Shown here: positions 61,320 to 64,000 of the stretch, in pieces | How positions within the stretch are numbered: the stretch's first letter is position 1 | Layout of the letters: each line of letters starts with the position of its first letter | Assembly: GCA_965112155.1 (NCBI GenBank) | Contig: OZ218099.1 | Source: Podarcis liolepis | Lineage: Eukaryota | Direction: 5' to 3' (one strand) | Length of the DNA: 64,000 nucleotides | The notes under the pieces: model-generated | Databases searched by the model: none | What the model saw: only the letters and a program-made list of their open reading frames with translations | Told to the model about the DNA's origin: nothing | Made by a program: the position numbers and the translations under genes

Positions 61320-64000
61320 TATATGAAGACTGTGACATGGTGTGCACACACATTGTGCATGCATGCACTCTCTCACTCAGGGGGTCGTCTTTAACATGTC
61401 CCATATTAAGCCTTCTATACTGTACTTATATAGGGGAGAACTAGGAAGAAGTATGCTGCTTAAAAGGGTCAAGCCATTTTACTGCATATTATCTTTAGAA
61501 CAGTACATAAAATATTAACTCCACTAAGCAAAAACCACAGGCCATAAGCAATTTGTTCTTTATTCACTTAAGAAGGGGCTCAGCTGCAACCATGCACAGT
61601 TAGGTACAGATTCCTGAGCAAGGAAGCTTCTCTTAGGTAAGCACATTTTCTGCCAAAAAAAGTTTCTAGTGACTGGGCAACATTTCACAATTCTTAAGAA
61701 AACAGAAGCTGGCTAAAGGTCAAATTCTGGGATAAGTATCATGTCTATGTAAGATATATTTCACCAAATGAAGTTGTTAGCTATGTTTTCAAATTAATGC
61801 ACAATACTAATTTGCCATGGGACTCACAGCTTCTGCTACAATAGGAGGAGTTGGGATCTTCCTGACTAAGAAGTGGCAAAAACTACTTCTGTTGTAAAAG
61901 GAATCCACACCAATGAAAAACCAAAAACCTCAAGATCTTCCTATCAGACATTAACATTTATTTTATGACTAGCAGAAGCTGAGAAACCCCTACATCTCCT
62001 ATCTAGAGACAGAACTTTGCACTGGATTATCTGGAATACCTACTTACAGCCTCAAACCAAGTAACAAAGGCCAACTGACCTCTACAACATATACAAAGAA
62101 ATAACAGCATTGGTCTTGCTGATGCAGCAGAGTAACACTGATAGTGTGAGCTATACTTCCATACATTAAAAAGCTGTTCCAGAAGAACTCAACTCAAGGA
62201 TTCCTAGGATCTACTTTTCAATACAATATGGAAGTTGTTACAGAGCAAAGATGACTATTCACCAAAGCTATTAGGCAATATCCAACTGTTGTGTTCTGCT
62301 TGTGCAACAGATTCCCCCTTCCTCTCTTCTCTGAAGTCTCCTGGGTGACCCCCAACCCAAAATCTGTTCTGGAGGGTTAGGGACCTCTCCACAAACTGAG
62401 AAGATTGGAAGGCATGAGTGACAGCAGAACAGCTAAGAGCAAGTCCCATCATTCCATGGGTGCAACAATGGATCTTGTGTTGGGAAGATTTTGTAACATA
62501 CCAATACTCTAAGTGAGCACAAATGTTTCTTCAGTATAGCTTAATTGTATTGTACCTACAAGGGCTGCTTTCGAAATCATTGGTGAGAGGGCAAGGTATC
62601 TATCTATCTTTTAAATACATAAAGGAGTATGGGAAATATTCTTACAAGAGACCAATGCTTAACTATGGTTTAACACAACTGACCAACGTGCTCGTGTTCA
62701 CTGCTCAGGCGTCCCTGCTTCATTTTTCACATGTTCCTTGCTACAACAAGCTACAAGCCTTGGACTGTTGTGCTGCCTATACCTGGGCTCAAAGTTTGTT
62801 TCCCCCAAACAAACCATGAGTAGTAAGGTAAGAATAAACCTCTTATAATTTGTTCGGAGAGAAACAAACCACAATATCTGGTCTGAATATACAAGTGAAA
62901 GCTTGTGCCTTATTGCTCCCAGAGCAGTATGGCCAACAGCAAGGGACGAACAAAGCAGGAAGCTTTGATCAGCAGGCACCCACTACTAATTTGCAATAAA
63001 CTGTGGTTAAACATTAAATATGCTTTATTGCGACGTGGAAACCAGTTCACTTATAGGCATCAAAGACTTCACTGTGTTAGGGGAAAGTCCCAGAATTAGA
63101 CATTTGGGCAGATTTTCTCTTTCTTTCAAGGATTACAATGGTTAAACATTTAACCATCTTCAGTGCTTTGTTTTAAGCTACTCTCTGTTGTTTCACAAGT
63201 ATGACAATTTAAAGACTCATTATTTGGATGCTGATATTCTAACGAATTGCATACACATGGCCAAAATATGTATGTGCTTAATACCTATTTGACACACCAT
63301 CTTTATATATAGGCTACAGATGCCTGCAGCCTCTCTTGTACATAATTCTCAAAATGAAAATAATCAAATAGGTAGCTCCTCCTCACATAAACTAGAAACA
63401 TCTGCCTGATATTTGACAGCCAGATGGACTATGTTATTAAGAACAAGACTAAAACAACTCTTCTGATTATATACAAAGTTTCCTAACCTGCACAACGACT
63501 TTAACTACTGCTCCCATAGGTGGAGCTGCCACAGCACGACCTTTCTCCTTCTGGGGCCGCACCCTTACATATAGCTCCAAAATAACTGCTGTACTTCATA
63601 ACTCTCAGATAGCTAATGATCCTGTAGTGTAGAGAAATACCTTAAAACTGTTCTCAAGTAGCTTTATCAGTAGGCCAAAACCAACACCAAGGATGGTGAC
63701 ACTAAGATTCTAGAAAACTGCATTCCCACAATCTTTGAAAACAGATGTCCAGTTTTAGAGTACAATGATTCAAAACTAAAGTGCTAGTTGTTCTCATCTG
63801 CCCCCCCAACAGTGAAGAACAAAGAAGTACACAAGTTATTTAATGTTATTAACACATCCATATTCTAAAGGCCAGCATGCACTGAAGCAGATTTCAAGAG
63901 GGTGGGGACCCTCTCAATTAACAAGAATTAAGAAGGCTTCACAACTGGTCTCGCTGCTCCTGACATGCATAAATTAGTGTATTTTTAAACGCAGGAGCTC

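Overview
Vertebrate genomic DNA, most likely a squamate and probably a lacertid lizard (inferred from Sauria SINEs and squamate-type MITEs). Two convergent spliced genes fill the window. SLC16A3 (MCT4 lactate transporter, + strand) is complete: four coding exons at 16973-23110 give 1398 nt = 465 aa, with a CpG-rich upstream promoter region near 6.3-8.2 kb and a probable long 3' UTR to ~27990. CSNK1D (casein kinase 1 delta, - strand) shows exons 2-8, the delta2 cassette exon (NSIPFEHHGK) and the delta1 terminal exon; exon 1 lies beyond the right edge. The rest is intron or intergenic DNA with five Sauria SINEs, tRNA/CR1-tail SINEs, Tc1/mariner and hAT MITEs, CR1/L2 fragments and Penelope remnants. 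Most short ORFs in the track are noise. The best leads are a young 929-bp hAT element carrying CpG-island, promoter-like cargo in CSNK1D intron 2; a candidate third CK1delta C-terminal exon (PFTLLITLAN*) with a hairpin over its putative donor; and inverted SINEs flanking a stop-free, frame-preserving 912-nt exon pair of SLC16A3. I found no evidence of a wholly new gene system. Comparisons with human proteins and repeat families come from memory, not from a search.
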